NCBI GenBank assembly: GCA_051294375.1
Contig: CM119265.1
Location: forward strand, 28,426,260-28,490,259
Source of the DNA: Paraspadella gotoi
Taxonomy: Eukaryota; Animalia; Chaetognatha
Reading direction: 5' to 3'
Length of the DNA: 64,000 bases
Shown here: one piece after another, positions 24,924-37,201 of the stretch
Layout: every line of letters starts with the position of its first letter
How positions within the stretch are numbered: position 1 is the first letter of the stretch
Position numbers and translations under genes: made by a program
Notes under the pieces: generated by a model
The model's database searches: none
What the model saw: only the letters and a program-made list of their open reading frames with translations
Told to the model about the DNA's origin: nothing

Positions 24924-25207
24924 ATTCTTTAGAATATCTATATGCTTCTCTCTTAATGGCAGAACACCCCTCATGCTTAATGTTTCTTAATGTTTTTCAA
25001 ATCTGCCAACATCTTTAATTTAATACAAGTTTGAAAACAAAATTGTTGAATCTTAGAAATCAGCACGTGTTTAAGAAAACCCTTCCTACTGGCTTAATAA
25101 CCAGTGAGGAGAGGGACTTCCATCTCTTCTGTTCAATTTACAAACCCAAAACGCCCACCTCCATCGCCATCGATAATCCTATCACCAGTCACCTCATCTC
25201 AAGAAAA

Positions 25208-26963
25208 ATGTCTGTTTCAGCAGCTGGAGGACCTTCACCCTCACAGATCTTTTCTGCTAATCTATCCACAGAAGTAAAAACCAGTAATTTTACTTACAAT
25301 GGTAGGATCTTTGATGGTATTACAGTAAACTCCACTTCATCCATGTCTGGCCAAATGTTCTCAGACTTTCTAACCCTGTCCCAACGAGGCGACGTCGCTG
25401 TATCCCCAAATATCGCACACCTTCACCGATACGTTGAATTATGTAGGGAATGGTGCTTGCAGAGTGGTGCAAGAGCCATCGGTGGGAACTGTGTCCTCTA
25501 TACCAACAGGTTCCCCCAGACAGAGATAGCCCCCGCCGTGACAGTTGTACACCAAACTCAGGACATATTGAGAAGGCTTTTCCCTGGTGGAGGAAATGGG
25601 GGAGCAGGTGGGGGAGGATTCAACGTTCAAGGGCTGGCACAATACTATGCCTATATGGGCATCTCTGGAGTTGGTGGGGGAGTTGGCATGGTAATGAACG
25701 GAACATCTACCCAACAGCAGGATCCCATACCCATTAATTACAATAACGTCTTTTGGTGGGCCATTGTAGGAATGATCTTTCACGTCTCCCGCAACCAAAC
25801 CATGGAGCAACTATTGACCAGACTTCAAAGCTTTATTTTAAATTCGAACTCCAGGACAAGAACGTCTGCGACAGAGGCTGAGGTGAACTTCCTTAAGAAT
25901 GCTCTGTCTATCCACCAGTTTACCCAATGTGACTCTAGAAAATTCCCTGCATACACTCTCACAACAAAAAAATTGAGCATTGGAGTTAGACTGGGCTTTG
26001 CCCTCGTCTTTATGAATGTCACAGGGAAGCACTGCAGATGCAGTGAACCAGAGGAGCTTCCCTTTGCTTACGAACAAGCCCAGGCCCTTCATCTCTTAAC
26101 CAGGAGGTTCAATTCTGCAAGAGAAGATAACCAGAAGGTTAATCTAGGACATATTGTCCAGCATTGTTTGACAGATAGAACTTTCTTTACAAACTGCGTT
26201 AACACTGACCCCACATCTCTACAGTATACTGCAGGCTCATCAGTTCAAAATTCTTATGTTTATACCAGAGACATTCCTTCGATGCAAAATTCTGTTTCAT
26301 GGTTGCAATCAGGCATTGCCTGTATTCAGATGAGGAACTATAACTGGATTTCACAAATGCCACCAATTGTGGGCGGAGGAGGAGGTGGTGGTGGTGGAGG
26401 AGGCAGTGGTGGTGGCACCGGTGGAGGACGAGGAAGCGGCAGAGGCGGCAACTCAGGTGGGACACCCTCTGCAGGCTTCAGCAACCCTGGGCCAGCAGGC
26501 TCTTTGTTTGGAACAACAATCACTCAGGGTGGCAACAGAGGTGGAGGACAAGGTGATCCACCATCCAACCAAACGGCTGAGCTCATGAGCTTACTTAAGT
26601 CACTTATCCCCGACCCATCGCAACAGGGATCACAACAGCCACCTACAAATTCAAGCTGGTTTCCTACTATTAGCGGCCAGCAACCCACTGCTAACACTCA
26701 GCAAGATCCACAAGTCAGCCAAATTGTCAGAAGATCACAGACAATTAGCTCTGTCCAAGCAGCCATGCAGTCGACCCAATCTGCCCAAGCTGGATCACAG
26801 CATCCCTCACCCCAAGTAATCAGCATCAACCACAACCACCCCCACAAGCTCACAACACCAGCAAAATCCGTCCCAAACTGCTCAAAATGATCAAGCTCCA
26901 ACTCCCCAACCACCACTTCCCTCTGTCAATACCTCACTTCCTGGTCCATCGGGTTTTCGCTAA
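25208..26963 (+). CDS. Endogenous RNA-virus-like ORF1 (nucleoprotein/capsid-like; folded ~390-aa N-part, Gly/Gln/Pro/Ser-rich tail)
   Basis: Long intronless, CpG-poor ORF unlike the host exons; two 1-nt deletions near 26810 and 26845 relative to the duplicate shift the tail; the restored end is PGPSGFR* at 26963. The viral call rests on architecture, not on a search. Confidence 0.6.
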
Positions 26964-27006
26964 GAGGTGAACAGGGTCCCGATGATCACCTCGCCAAGTA
27001 AGGGAC
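26951..27006 (+). promoter_or_regulatory. -1 programmed ribosomal frameshift signal (second copy at 24784-24840)
   Basis: In-frame G GGT TTT, 6-nt spacer, stem 1 GAGGTGA(A)CA/TG(A)TCACCTC, stem 2 GTCCC/GGGAC; the -1 frame leads into ORF2. Confidence 0.85.
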
Positions 27007-28483
27007 ACCAACACCTCAGGAAAAGATGCCAGGACTGCAGAGATTTTCTTAACAGACGGATCTATGATTGATGTTTTAAACGAAAATCCGATACTAAACC
27101 AACTAGAGGAGGCAATTAACTTAGCTAAGCCAGAAGAAAAAATTAGGTTTCATAAAGAAAGTTCCGATGTAGTGTCCGTGTATTTATCATTGTTGACATT
27201 GCCAGAGATAAGACAGAGCAGAATTCAATGGTTGACGGAGTGGGTGGAAGGAAAGGGCACAGACAATACCGAAAAAGAACTATTGAGAACACTCAAAGAA
27301 CTCAAAAAGTATTATACAACAAGAGCTTATAAGTGGAAATCCAATGGTGAAGAAGAAGCTATTGTTAACTCTGCTGTCAAAGTAACATCTCAAAGGCTCA
27401 GGGCTAGGAAACTGAAGATCTGTGTTCCATACTATGAATATTCACCAACAAAACACTTTGAATTAGAAAAAGTCATATTCCTAAGTGCTAAAGTGAGATT
27501 AATGACAATGATATATGCTGATGAGAAGAATTATTCTGCTGCCATCAATGTAGTAGACGATGTCCTCAGGGATAGTAAGCAAGCTTTGTTGAATATACAT
27601 AAGGAGCAGGGGGCCAACATTAACTTTGATGTGCCGTTGACATTTCACAAAAGCCCTTCTAGGTATATGTTGAGGGATGAGATGTACACAAATGTTAAAT
27701 CACTATATGAACTAGACACCATAAAAGACTACTACGATGATAAGTTCCCTTCAAAATGGCTAACAGACTATGGTGTTCCCCCTCAATTTTGGTATTGGCA
27801 GAGCCTCAGAGGCAGAATTGAACCCCCAATCCCCGACACTCAATCAAGTGTGACTTCTTCTAATACTGTTGTTAACCAGGAGTTTTGTGCCAACAATACC
27901 CATTCTTCTGCTGATCCAATTCTCCCTGAACCTTCACCACCCCTAGTTACCTGAATAACAATGCCAAACTTGCCTACTGCAGAAGAAACTGGAATAAAAA
28001 CAACAGAAATTGTATATCCATCAGCAGACACCTCAGGCGGTCAAATTATTGCAGAAGTTTTGTTTCCTGATAGTGTACATGCAAATGAACCTGTTGAATC
28101 TAACACTCCAGCTGAAAACTCAAGTGAAACTCAGAAAGAGACCGAAACAACATCAGAAGAAGCAGAGACCCAAGAAGATGCTTCTGAGGATGAAATAGAA
28201 GAGACAACAACATCAAGTCAAGCCTCAAGGGGATGTAACGGACTCTGACGAAGACAGCTTATTCAACTTGTTGCTTGACGATACATCAGAGAGAAGGCAC
28301 CCCTTGGAGTTACCTGTAATAGCCAGTTATAAGAACGGGAATTTGAAAGATATGGATGAACTCATCATGTACATTGCATCTAGTACAGCAACGGACGACT
28401 TGATACAGTATTTTTCTGTTAATGATATAATCAGGACTGCTTATGGCATGTCCTCAGACTCCGCCAATGTTTCCATATATTAA
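26957..28483 (+). CDS. Virus-like ORF2 in the -1 frame (~500 aa reconstructed; 1-nt deletion ~26993, in-frame TGA at 27952, frameshift ~28225)
   Basis: ORFs 27064-27954 and 27961-28248 are in the same frame, 28268-28483 follows after one shift; folded N-part, acidic S/T/E linker, small C-terminal domain; no RdRp or RT motifs visible. Confidence 0.55.
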
Positions 28484-29098
28484 GTTGAATTTGACTCTAA
28501 GGTGGACTTTGTTATATTATTTTATCATTTGTTCTAAAAACATTTAACTGATAACGTTTTTTGCTCATGTTTTACAGGTTTATTCGACTCGTGGGGGGTG
28601 GCGGCGGGCGTCTTATCCGCTTCCCGCCAAAATTTAACAAGTTTATCCGCCTCTTAGCAACGACGACGGGCTCGCACTCTGTTTCTCGCTCGATTTAACG
28701 AGTTTATTTCTCGTTTAGCAACGACGCTGACCGTTTGGACATTCCTCGCTTCGATCAGATTTATAGTATATGTATTGTATCCTCGACTTTCACTCTTCCA
28801 TTCAGTAGAGTTACTCTAGGCTTAGGTTGGTGATGCGTTGCGCCTCCTCTTCATCCAGCGGTATATTTCATCCTCTCCCAGCGGTAAATATTTCTCACTC
28901 GGAGGTACTTTTGTTTCCTCTTCTCTCCGGGCGCGGCTCCTCGGGTCCTCGCCGATCGATTCTCCTCTTCCTCTTCTCCCTCTGCGTTGATTCTCAGAAA
29001 AGTTTCGAAGTCTTTGGGGAGGGCTTTCATAACTACGCTCTCCGGACCTTCCGTACAGACCTCTCCTCTAAAAAAAGATACCTTGTTTCAAAAAAAAA

Positions 29099-31143
29099 AT
29101 GGCGCAACGGTCTTTGACTTCTTCTTTTGTCTCTATCCCCGGTGTTCTGCGATATTTGGATGAAATCTTTCCCGTGCGCGCCGACGGCGTCCAGTTTCGT
29201 CCAGATGCCTCCACCCTTCAGCTGCATCTGCTGATGGGGGAGTTGCTCGGGCAGTTCCCAGACGACGGCGAGCCGCGTTTCTCTCAAGCGCGGTGGGGCG
29301 CCGTTCGGGCCGCCCTCCTCGCCTCCTCTTCAGAGTTTGGCATTACATATCCATTGTTTCGATCGTTTCTCTCGCGGCTCTCGGCTTGGTGAGTACTTTT
29401 TCTAGTTTTGCTTGTTGAGGGAAAAGAAAAGGTTTTCATATTGAAAATCAATCTCTCTCGTTTTCCGTTCAGTTCCAATGATCGGGCGGGCGCCTTCTAC
29501 TCCGGGCCGGCCTCTGCGCTGGTCGACCGCGCCGCCTTCGGTGGGCGTGCCGAGTACTTCACGGTCCGGCCCGTTTGGTTTGCCTGGAGGGTGGCGATAT
29601 GCCCGTCAAGGCCGTCGGCGGTGCCCGCGTCGCCGGGCGGGTCTACTACGGCCAGATCCGTCTCCCCGTGTCGGACGCCGCCAACCATCTCCCGCTGTGA
29701 GTGTATTTTTATGCGATTTTACGCCATGTTAATTCTCCTGCTTGATTTGTTTCTCTCTATAATCCTGTTTTCCTCGTTGTTTTATTTACTACAACTCTTC
29801 CATTTTATTTTCAGTGTTCAAGTCTGGCCGCACGACCAGCGCCGCTCGGAAGTTGTCGACGCATCCGCCGGGCATCTTGGGCGCTACCAGCTGCCACGTA
29901 ACCGTCCCGTGACGCCGCCGGTGAGAACCACGTAGTTCCTGCTTTTATTCTGCTTTATTTTCTGTCGTTCACCTACGTTTATTTATTTATTCATTTATTT
30001 ATTTCATATACTTTATCGTTTGTTTATTTTTGACCAATTCCTTTCTTTTTTTTCTCTGACGCCGACCATGTCGTCGTCGGTCAGAGCGGGCATGGCGTCA
30101 ACGCCTCTCGTAAGTACTCGTTGTTCTTAGCTCTTTTCGTTTGTTTTTGTTTCCGTTTGTCTGTTTTCTCAGTAATGATGGAAGCGAGATTATTCTCATA
30201 GTGTGCCTCATTGTTTTCTCAGATTCAGGCCGCGCCCGACACGACGGCGTTGACTGTCCTGGTGGGCTCCTCCCGTACTTCCGCCAGGGCGCCCCCCGTC
30301 TCCGTGGCGCCTAGGGCGTCGTCCAAGGCCGCTTCGATCTCGGCGCCGGCGCCGGCTCCAGCCCCCAGCGATCTGACGACAAGTCGTGGCGTCGTTCGTC
30401 CTTCCTCGCCCGGCGGGGAGTCGTCCGGGGACTCATCGTCCTCGTCTCCGGTGACCTCCGCCTCGTCATCATCCGAGGCCGTTTCCCTCCGCAAGTGTCC
30501 CTGGCGGCCCGCTTCCCCCTCGTCAGTCGAGGAGCTCGTCGCATCCAAATCGAAGCGGGTTCGCGGCGGGAAAAAGGCGGGGAAGGCTCGGCGGTTGAAA
30601 GGGCGGTCTTCCAAGGTGAAGGCTGCCTCCCACAAGTCATCGAAGGGGTCTCGGCGCTCACCTGTGGCGGCGCCCGAGACGGCGTCATCTGCACGGCCGG
30701 GTCCGGCGTCCTCAAAGGACCGGACCCCTAAGAAAATGTCTAAAGTTGGCGCCGCCAAGGTGACGTCGCCGGCGGCAAAGTCGTCGGGAGGCGGGGCCAC
30801 TGGGACCGGGCCCAAGGCGGCGTCTGGCTCGCCGAGGGAGAAGGGCATTCGGGGTGGGAAGGCCCGGCGCCGTTCCCGGTCTCCTGCCGCCAGCGCCAAC
30901 GCCCGCACCAACGCCACCAACAGCTACACTGCGGCTGAGGGCGCCTCGAGCGCTGCCCGGGCGCTCGCGAATTGGCGCCCGTGTTCCAATCCGGGGCAGT
31001 ACGCGACCCCATGCCGCGTTGTCGGCTCTATAACAAACCCCCGGTGCCATCATCAGCGCCTACCCGCGGCGGTCATCATGGCCGGAAGTTCTATCCCCGG
31101 CATTAGCCTTTGTGTTATTTATTCATTTTTAAATTTGTTTTAA
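29099..31143 (+). CDS. Spliced orphan gene ending in a basic S/A/P/K/R-rich region and a WRPC-x9-C-x9-CHH motif
   Basis: GC-rich blocks bounded by GTGAGT/GTAAGT donors (29389, ~29697, ~29921, ~30109) and TCAG acceptors (29472, ~29814, 30222); C-terminal motif shared with 42277-42939. Confidence 0.55.
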
Positions 31144-31889
31144 ATTTGTAATGTTTTTATTTTTTTCTTTAAATTTGTTTCACTTTTTCCATGCCTGTAG
31201 ATATTCGTTCCTTGTTTTTTTTTGTTTTCTCTGCTTTGCATGTCCTTTATGATAACGTGTTTCGTAGCTATATATATCAATGCCTATATTAATATATTTT
31301 CATATCTCGTAAAGGAAAGCTTATGTACTTGTTTTGATTCGATGAGAGAGAGAGCTCGGTTTAGTAAATTGAAGAGTTTGTGTAGATAGTTGCCCATGGC
31401 AACGGCAGGTAGTTTTGATGGTTTTAGCATCAAGTGGTTCAATCGAAAGAAGTAGAAAGGTCCTGCATCACGGGACGAAATAGAACCCATTTTCGGGTAT
31501 TGTAATAATTTTTCGCAATTTTCTGCGTATAATAGTTGATGCTGATTAGATTTTTTTCTCGCTAGCCGGCTAATGCAGGAGTCTTCACGTGCAACAAGTG
31601 GCCATCTCGTCGGCCGTGAACTGGAAAGGACGTCCCGCTGAGCGAAGTAACGGGGGCGTGGTGAAAGCGCGCGGGCGATCCTCGTTGTTGCAGCGCGTTT
31701 CCAGGTGGCGCTGTATCATCTTAGATTGCCGGTAGCGGAAGCTCGCGTCGCTCTCCACTTACACCTTGAGGCGTGGTTCACGCGTGCAAATGCACGCGCT
31801 GCCACTAAGTAATGAACGGGGGCGTGAGGAGCGCGCGCAAAGGCCACGCGCTCGACACTTACACTTGAAAAAAAAAGATCAGTTTTCCT

Positions 31890-32182
31890 CCGGGGTCGTG
31901 GGTTCGAGCCCCACATTGGGCGCCGCCCTGAAATAAGTCACTGGCTAAAGAAATACTCGAGGAATAGTGGTGAAGCGTATATTGAAAAAAGACGATCACA
32001 AAAATAAAAATATTACAGAGAGGCGGAGAACAGGTCTTAACACAAGAGAAGGAAAGTGGGAAGTGAAACTCGAATGGAAAAATCTCGTGGCTGCGCGAAA
32101 CCCCCGATCGAAAAGGAGGAGGAAGCGAAATGGGAGGGGGAAGAAGATCTGCGCGTCGCCTCCTCCTCACGCTTATTTATAG
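31890..32182 (-). mobile_element. LTR-like segment (TATA-R-U5) followed by a PBS extended into the 3' half of tRNA-Lys
   Basis: Reverse complement CTATAAATAAGCGTGAGGAGGAGG...TTATTTCA-ggg-CGGCGCCCAATGTGGGGCTCGAACCCACGACCCCGG; homologous to 33038-33296. Confidence 0.75.
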
Positions 32183-32574
32183 CATGATTACAAATAAATA
32201 GTCGGTACAAAAACCCTTAGCAATGAGGCGACTTAAACCCGTCAATGTCAAACAAAAGTCAAATTTTATAACAAAAGATTTACATAATCAAATAATGACA
32301 AAAAAACAAAGAAACGAGAGAGCAATCGGTTGACGAATCTAGAATGTTGGTCTTATGCAAAATTCAAAATTTGTATTGAGGCGCGGATCAAAAATGACTT
32401 GTGTGAGATTCGAATTTCAGCGCTGACGTCATGGTCTTTTGTATGGGATTATTCAATTATCTGTTGTTTTAAAGCATACGGCTTACAATCTGCATCTACT
32501 ATTAATAGAAATAAAAACTATTTATCATTGCTGCAATAACTACATTTCATATTAAAATTTTCACATTTATAAGA

Positions 32575-32740
32575 ATAAATTCCAAGTATGTCGTCACTTT
32601 TAAACCATAGAAATTCAATTACATCCTCAACATTAGTTTGTCTTTAATCTTTAAGCATAAATTCCAAGTATGTCGTCACTTTTAAACCATAGAAATTCAA
32701 TTACATCCTCAACATTAGTTTGTCTTTAATCTTTAAGCAT
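32575..32740. repeat. Perfect tandem duplication, 82-bp unit x2
   Basis: TTCCAAGTATGTCGTCAC starts at 32580 and again at 32662. Confidence 0.9.
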
Positions 32741-33037
32741 CTGAATTCGATGCTTTTCACGAAGTAATCCTCTTTGACATCAATTTTCATCGAATATGGG
32801 TAGAACCTTAGTTCCATCTCTTTTTCATCATAGTCCAACGCAATTAAATTAATATAAAACCTCTAAGGTCGGGTAGAGCTGACTGAGCCTAGGTAAGTAA
32901 GGACGAGGAAAATGGTAGAAAAAAAAATCTTAAAAGAATAGTCGCATGAGCAAAGGTGATAATTTAATTAGTTAATAATATTTTAATACAATATTACGCT
33001 TTAAAAGAAAGGATTAAAATAGTTTTTCTTTTATATT

Positions 33038-33296
33038 GCGTGAGGAGGAGGAGATCTTCTTCTCCCTCCCATTTCGCTTCCTCTTCCTTTTCGATCGGGG
33101 TTTTCGCGCAGACACGAGATTTTTCCATTCCAGATTCACTCCCTACTTTCCCTCTCTCTCGTTAAGACCTATTCTACGCCTCTCTGTATTTTTTATTATT
33201 TTATGATCGCTTTTTTTCTCAATATACGCTTTACCACTACTTCTCGAGTTTTCCTTTTAGCCAGAGTCTTATTTCAGGGTAGCGCCCAATGTGGAG
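33038..33296 (+). mobile_element. LTR-like segment with tRNA-Lys PBS, inverted copy of 31890-32182
   Basis: GCGTGAGGAGGAGG...TTATTTCA-ggg-TAGCGCCCAATGTGG. Confidence 0.75.
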
Positions 33297-34994
33297 TCTT
33301 GTTCTCTAACCACGAACCGCCCTGGATCTCTTTATATCACAATTTTACCTAAAATCTTTTTTTTTGTCTAAACCTTCGACTTCAAAATTTTTTTTTTTCT
33401 CTTTTTTTTCCTTTCTCTCTCTTTCGTCGGATCGATCGCCTTCCACTCCGGTTCTTTCTATAAACTTTTTCCCCTCTCCGCCTCCCATCCAAAAAGAGGA
33501 AAAGAAAAGAAAGTGGGCAGCCGATAGGTTGAGAAATCTTAACCAAACCTTTCCTCCCTGAGCACCAGAAAATTCATCCACAAAGGAGAGAGGACTCTGC
33601 TTTCGGCAGCCCCGGTGACGAACAAACCGGAGTGGAGAAGACGTCAGGCCGACCTGAAGCGATCCAAGGAGAGGAGGCCAACCAGGAGCGATCCGAAGAG
33701 ACGAGGAGGCCAATCAGGACCGATCCGAGGAGACAAGGAGGCCGACCAGAACTGATCCGAGGAGACCGAGTTGAAAGCAACGAAGAATAAGAATAAGAAT
33801 AACAAGAATAATTAAATTTAATTACAGACCGATGGACATGACCCAGGAGATTTTCTTTGATCCCCATTGAGATTTTGTGATCGGGGGAAGGTTCTAGTTA
33901 CCTTCCTCCAAAGTGAACTCTTTAATTCAAAGTAGCAAGGTTTATGATCCAAAACAATGGAAAAAATAAAACTAAACTAAATACATTATAATCGTTCTGT
34001 GACAAAATATGTATAAAACAGTAAAATAAACAGACTAAATTCAGATGAAAATGTCCATTCCCTTCCAAAGGAGACACAACTTGAAATGGTGATAAATAAA
34101 TGAATAATAAGTAAATAAATGATGAATTTCAAATAAAAGGAAATTTTTTTTATTATCCAATTTTTTTTTTCGATTTTTCTATCAAATCTGAGTCGGCGCT
34201 TGGCCACCTATAAAAGGGGAAAGGAGTCTTACTCATTTGCTCCCGAACAATTTCCCCTCGTTGTCCGTCATTTTCATCAAATTTTCGTTTTTTCCCGATT
34301 CAACAACGGACAACATGCGCCTCGCCTCGGGCCTCGTTTTCCTCACGCTTATATCCCTGGGGTAAGTCTTTACAAAGGAAAGGGATCGGCTAAGTCCACG
34401 GAAAAATGACAGAGCTAAATGCATGATAATTTAGTCAGCAAACAGCAAAATATGTATAAGAGAACAAATACACAATATTATCACTAAACATTTACCAACG
34501 AAAATTCGACAGAATAGGAGTGAAATGAAAACAACCGTTTGTTTACGATTTTTCGAATTTCAAAATAGGAAATTTTGACAATTACGATTTTCACTTTTGA
34601 GGCAGTTTCGTCGTAACTCCTCGTCACTTTGAACGGATAGGCATCTTTGGTGATGGTAAAGTCGGTTATTCATTGACTTTAAAATTGACAATATCACAAT
34701 ACATATTACAATAACATTTTGTGACAACACCTAGGTTACATTTTATAGGGATTACAAATCCGAAAGGATCATGACAATGATTAATATGTAATTAATAGTG
34801 ATTATTATTATTCCCAGGGTAACTAAATATTTGAGTAAGCGACAATTAGTATGAATTTAAGGCAATCCGGCTATTATTTTATTGATTATTTATCTCTTTT
34901 ATCTTTAAGAATAAATGGTCGGTCACGTTTTTGTTTATAATCGAATATTTTAGTTTGAAGCTTTTTTAGCTGTTTTCAAATTTTTTCCTTTCAG

Positions 34995-36557
34995 AACTCT
35001 CCAGCCGCCACCCCTCCGACCAGTGGACGAGAGGGACGACGGCGACCTGCCCGACGCCACTCCTGGCGCCTCCTCCAGTGCCGCCGTTCCTCGGCCTCCG
35101 CCGCCGCCGGTAAGAACGCCAGCGTACCTACCCAGGGGTCTGTCTCCAACCCCGGTTGAACTCCTCTCCCGAGAAGAGCTTCACTGGCTCTTTACCTGGA
35201 TCCGGCGGTATATCAGCCATCGTGAGATGACGCCGGTCGAGCTCCGTCTCTCCTGGCGTTTCACCTTCGGCGGAGGCATTTTCGTAGCATGGGAGCGCGA
35301 CGACTCCACGTGCTGCGATCCTCCAAGCTTCACCATCGAGGAGATGCACACCGAAAGGTGTGGATTTAATCCTCTCCTTGTATTCGCCGCCCCGCGGCTT
35401 CACCGCGCCCACCGAGTAAGGCTTGCTTATTTAAATTGAATTAATTTAAATCATTCCGATTTCATTCAAATCATTCACTTGAATTTGTTCACTTTGATTT
35501 TTCGTTCACTTCCGGTCATATTTGTTTTTTTGGTCGATCTTTAGTTTTCGTTTTTTGTGTTAAGGCTCACTACTCGAATCTTTACCAAACTTGAAGAAAA
35601 TTAATTTCTCCTTTTTATCTGTCTTTAGGGCTGCCTCCAAGGGGGTAGGAGAGGCTGTGACTGCTATCCAGTCTGTCCTCGCCCTGCAGAGTTCCGAGAC
35701 GGCGCCTCTGATGATTCCCCCGGCAGTCTCAACACAGCTGGTGCGGAGCTCTCCTCATCCGCTTTCCCCAACCTCGACATCACCTCGGCCCTGCAGATGA
35801 GCGTCAGCAGGTTCTTTGGGAACGCTGGTTGTTCCAGCGCTCTCCCTGGATCCGCGGATACCGCCACTCTCCGGATCTGCCCTCCAGGTGTGAACCTCTT
35901 CCGCCACCTGCCGCCGATGGGTCAGCGCCGATGCCGGTGCCATTTCACCAGCTCTTCGGTGGTTGGGTTCCGGCTTCGCTNNNNNNNNNNGCTAACGACA
36001 TGGGCCTGGCGCCCCAACTCCGCGTGGTGGATCCGGCGCTCGTCTCGCCGATCCTCCCGGATTTCACATCAACCTCTTGCTCCGCGTCCGGTTCTAACTC
36101 CGCGTCCGCTTCCGGTGCATCAGATCTCATCGAGTACGTCGAACTCGTCGAGCTCTCCCCGACGGGAGACAAGATTACATTGGTCGCGCCAATGCCACCG
36201 GACGCCCTCTTTGCACCAGCGCCAGTGCCTTTTATCGCCACCTCCATCGCCGGCCGCCCTTGGCGGGAACCCACCATCCATTGGATAAGTGACTCTCCCG
36301 CTGGGTCGCCGGAAATCATAGAGGTAGAGGTGACGCCTGAGATTATTGATGTGACGCCAGTCTCGGTACCTTTGGAACTTTCTCTCCCCGTCCACTGGTC
36401 GCCCATCTCCTTCTCTCCCTCGGCGTCCGGCGCCCCGAATCTCCTCGGGGTGCAGGACCTCGACGTGGAAATCCTCGAGGAGGCGGCTGCGGCGCCACCT
36501 CCAGCAGAGGTGTCATTAGGCTGGGAAAATGTCAAAATTACCTCTATTGAGGATTAA
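34995..36557 (+). pseudogene. Spliced or fragmented Pro/Ser-rich orphan ORFs
   Basis: GC-rich ORFs 35023-35439 and 35829-36557 after acceptors at ~34994 and ~35628; upstream TATAAAA at ~34209 and donor GGTAAGT at ~34361. Confidence 0.35.
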
Positions 36558-37201
36558 AAATAACAGATTGACATATGTCGATTCTATATAGAGATGCATG
36601 ACCGCGTCTCTGTTTTTTTTAGGATTTTCATACCCGTTAAAATAGACTCGTTTGTGGAGTTACGGGCGGGCTATTGGGTATTTCTTTCTAAAATACATAT
36701 TTTATTTTTACGAGTTAATTTTGCGTTCTCGATATCGCTATTTCATCGGCCGGAGATTTGGATTTTATTTTCTACTTGCCGGAGCGACGACTTACATGGA
36801 TTACTCGCCAAATTTAATAATAATCGAATTTTCCTACATTTCGCAGCATAAATGTTGTCTTTTACGTGACTGAAATTTATATGTCGTTTTTTTTCATCAT
36901 ACGAATTTTCGTTTAATTTTGATATGTTTCGAAGTTATTTCGAATTTTATTTTCATCATATCAATAATCTGCGCGTTGTTCATTTGTCTTATTTTACGTT
37001 TTGCGCTTGCTAACGCGCCTTATCCGTTGCGACATCTGGCGACTGAAACAAAAATTATATTTTCGGAAAAATCTTACTAAGACAAAAGAACATCGTCTAC
37101 GTCTTATTTTTTTTTCTCTCTTCTCTATTTTTAGAAACTGTTGCTTTTCTAATTTACATTTTATTTTCATCAGTTTGGATCAACTCGTTTGAAACCCAAG
37201 T

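Noticed and set aside
25208-28483. gag-pol or totivirus capsid-RdRp assignment for the frameshift cassette
   Set aside because: No CCHC knuckle, D(T/S)G protease, YxDD or GDD motif visible in either ORF
29490-29700. Retropepsin-like reading (ALVDRAA ... VKAVGG)
   Set aside because: The catalytic D(T/S)G is absent and the match needs a frameshift; too weak
30225-30920. Long antisense ORFs over GC-rich exons (also 18897-19493, 35945-36535, 42174-42395, 49202-49498)
   Set aside because: Expected shadows of GC-rich sense ORFs; no independent motif or splice support
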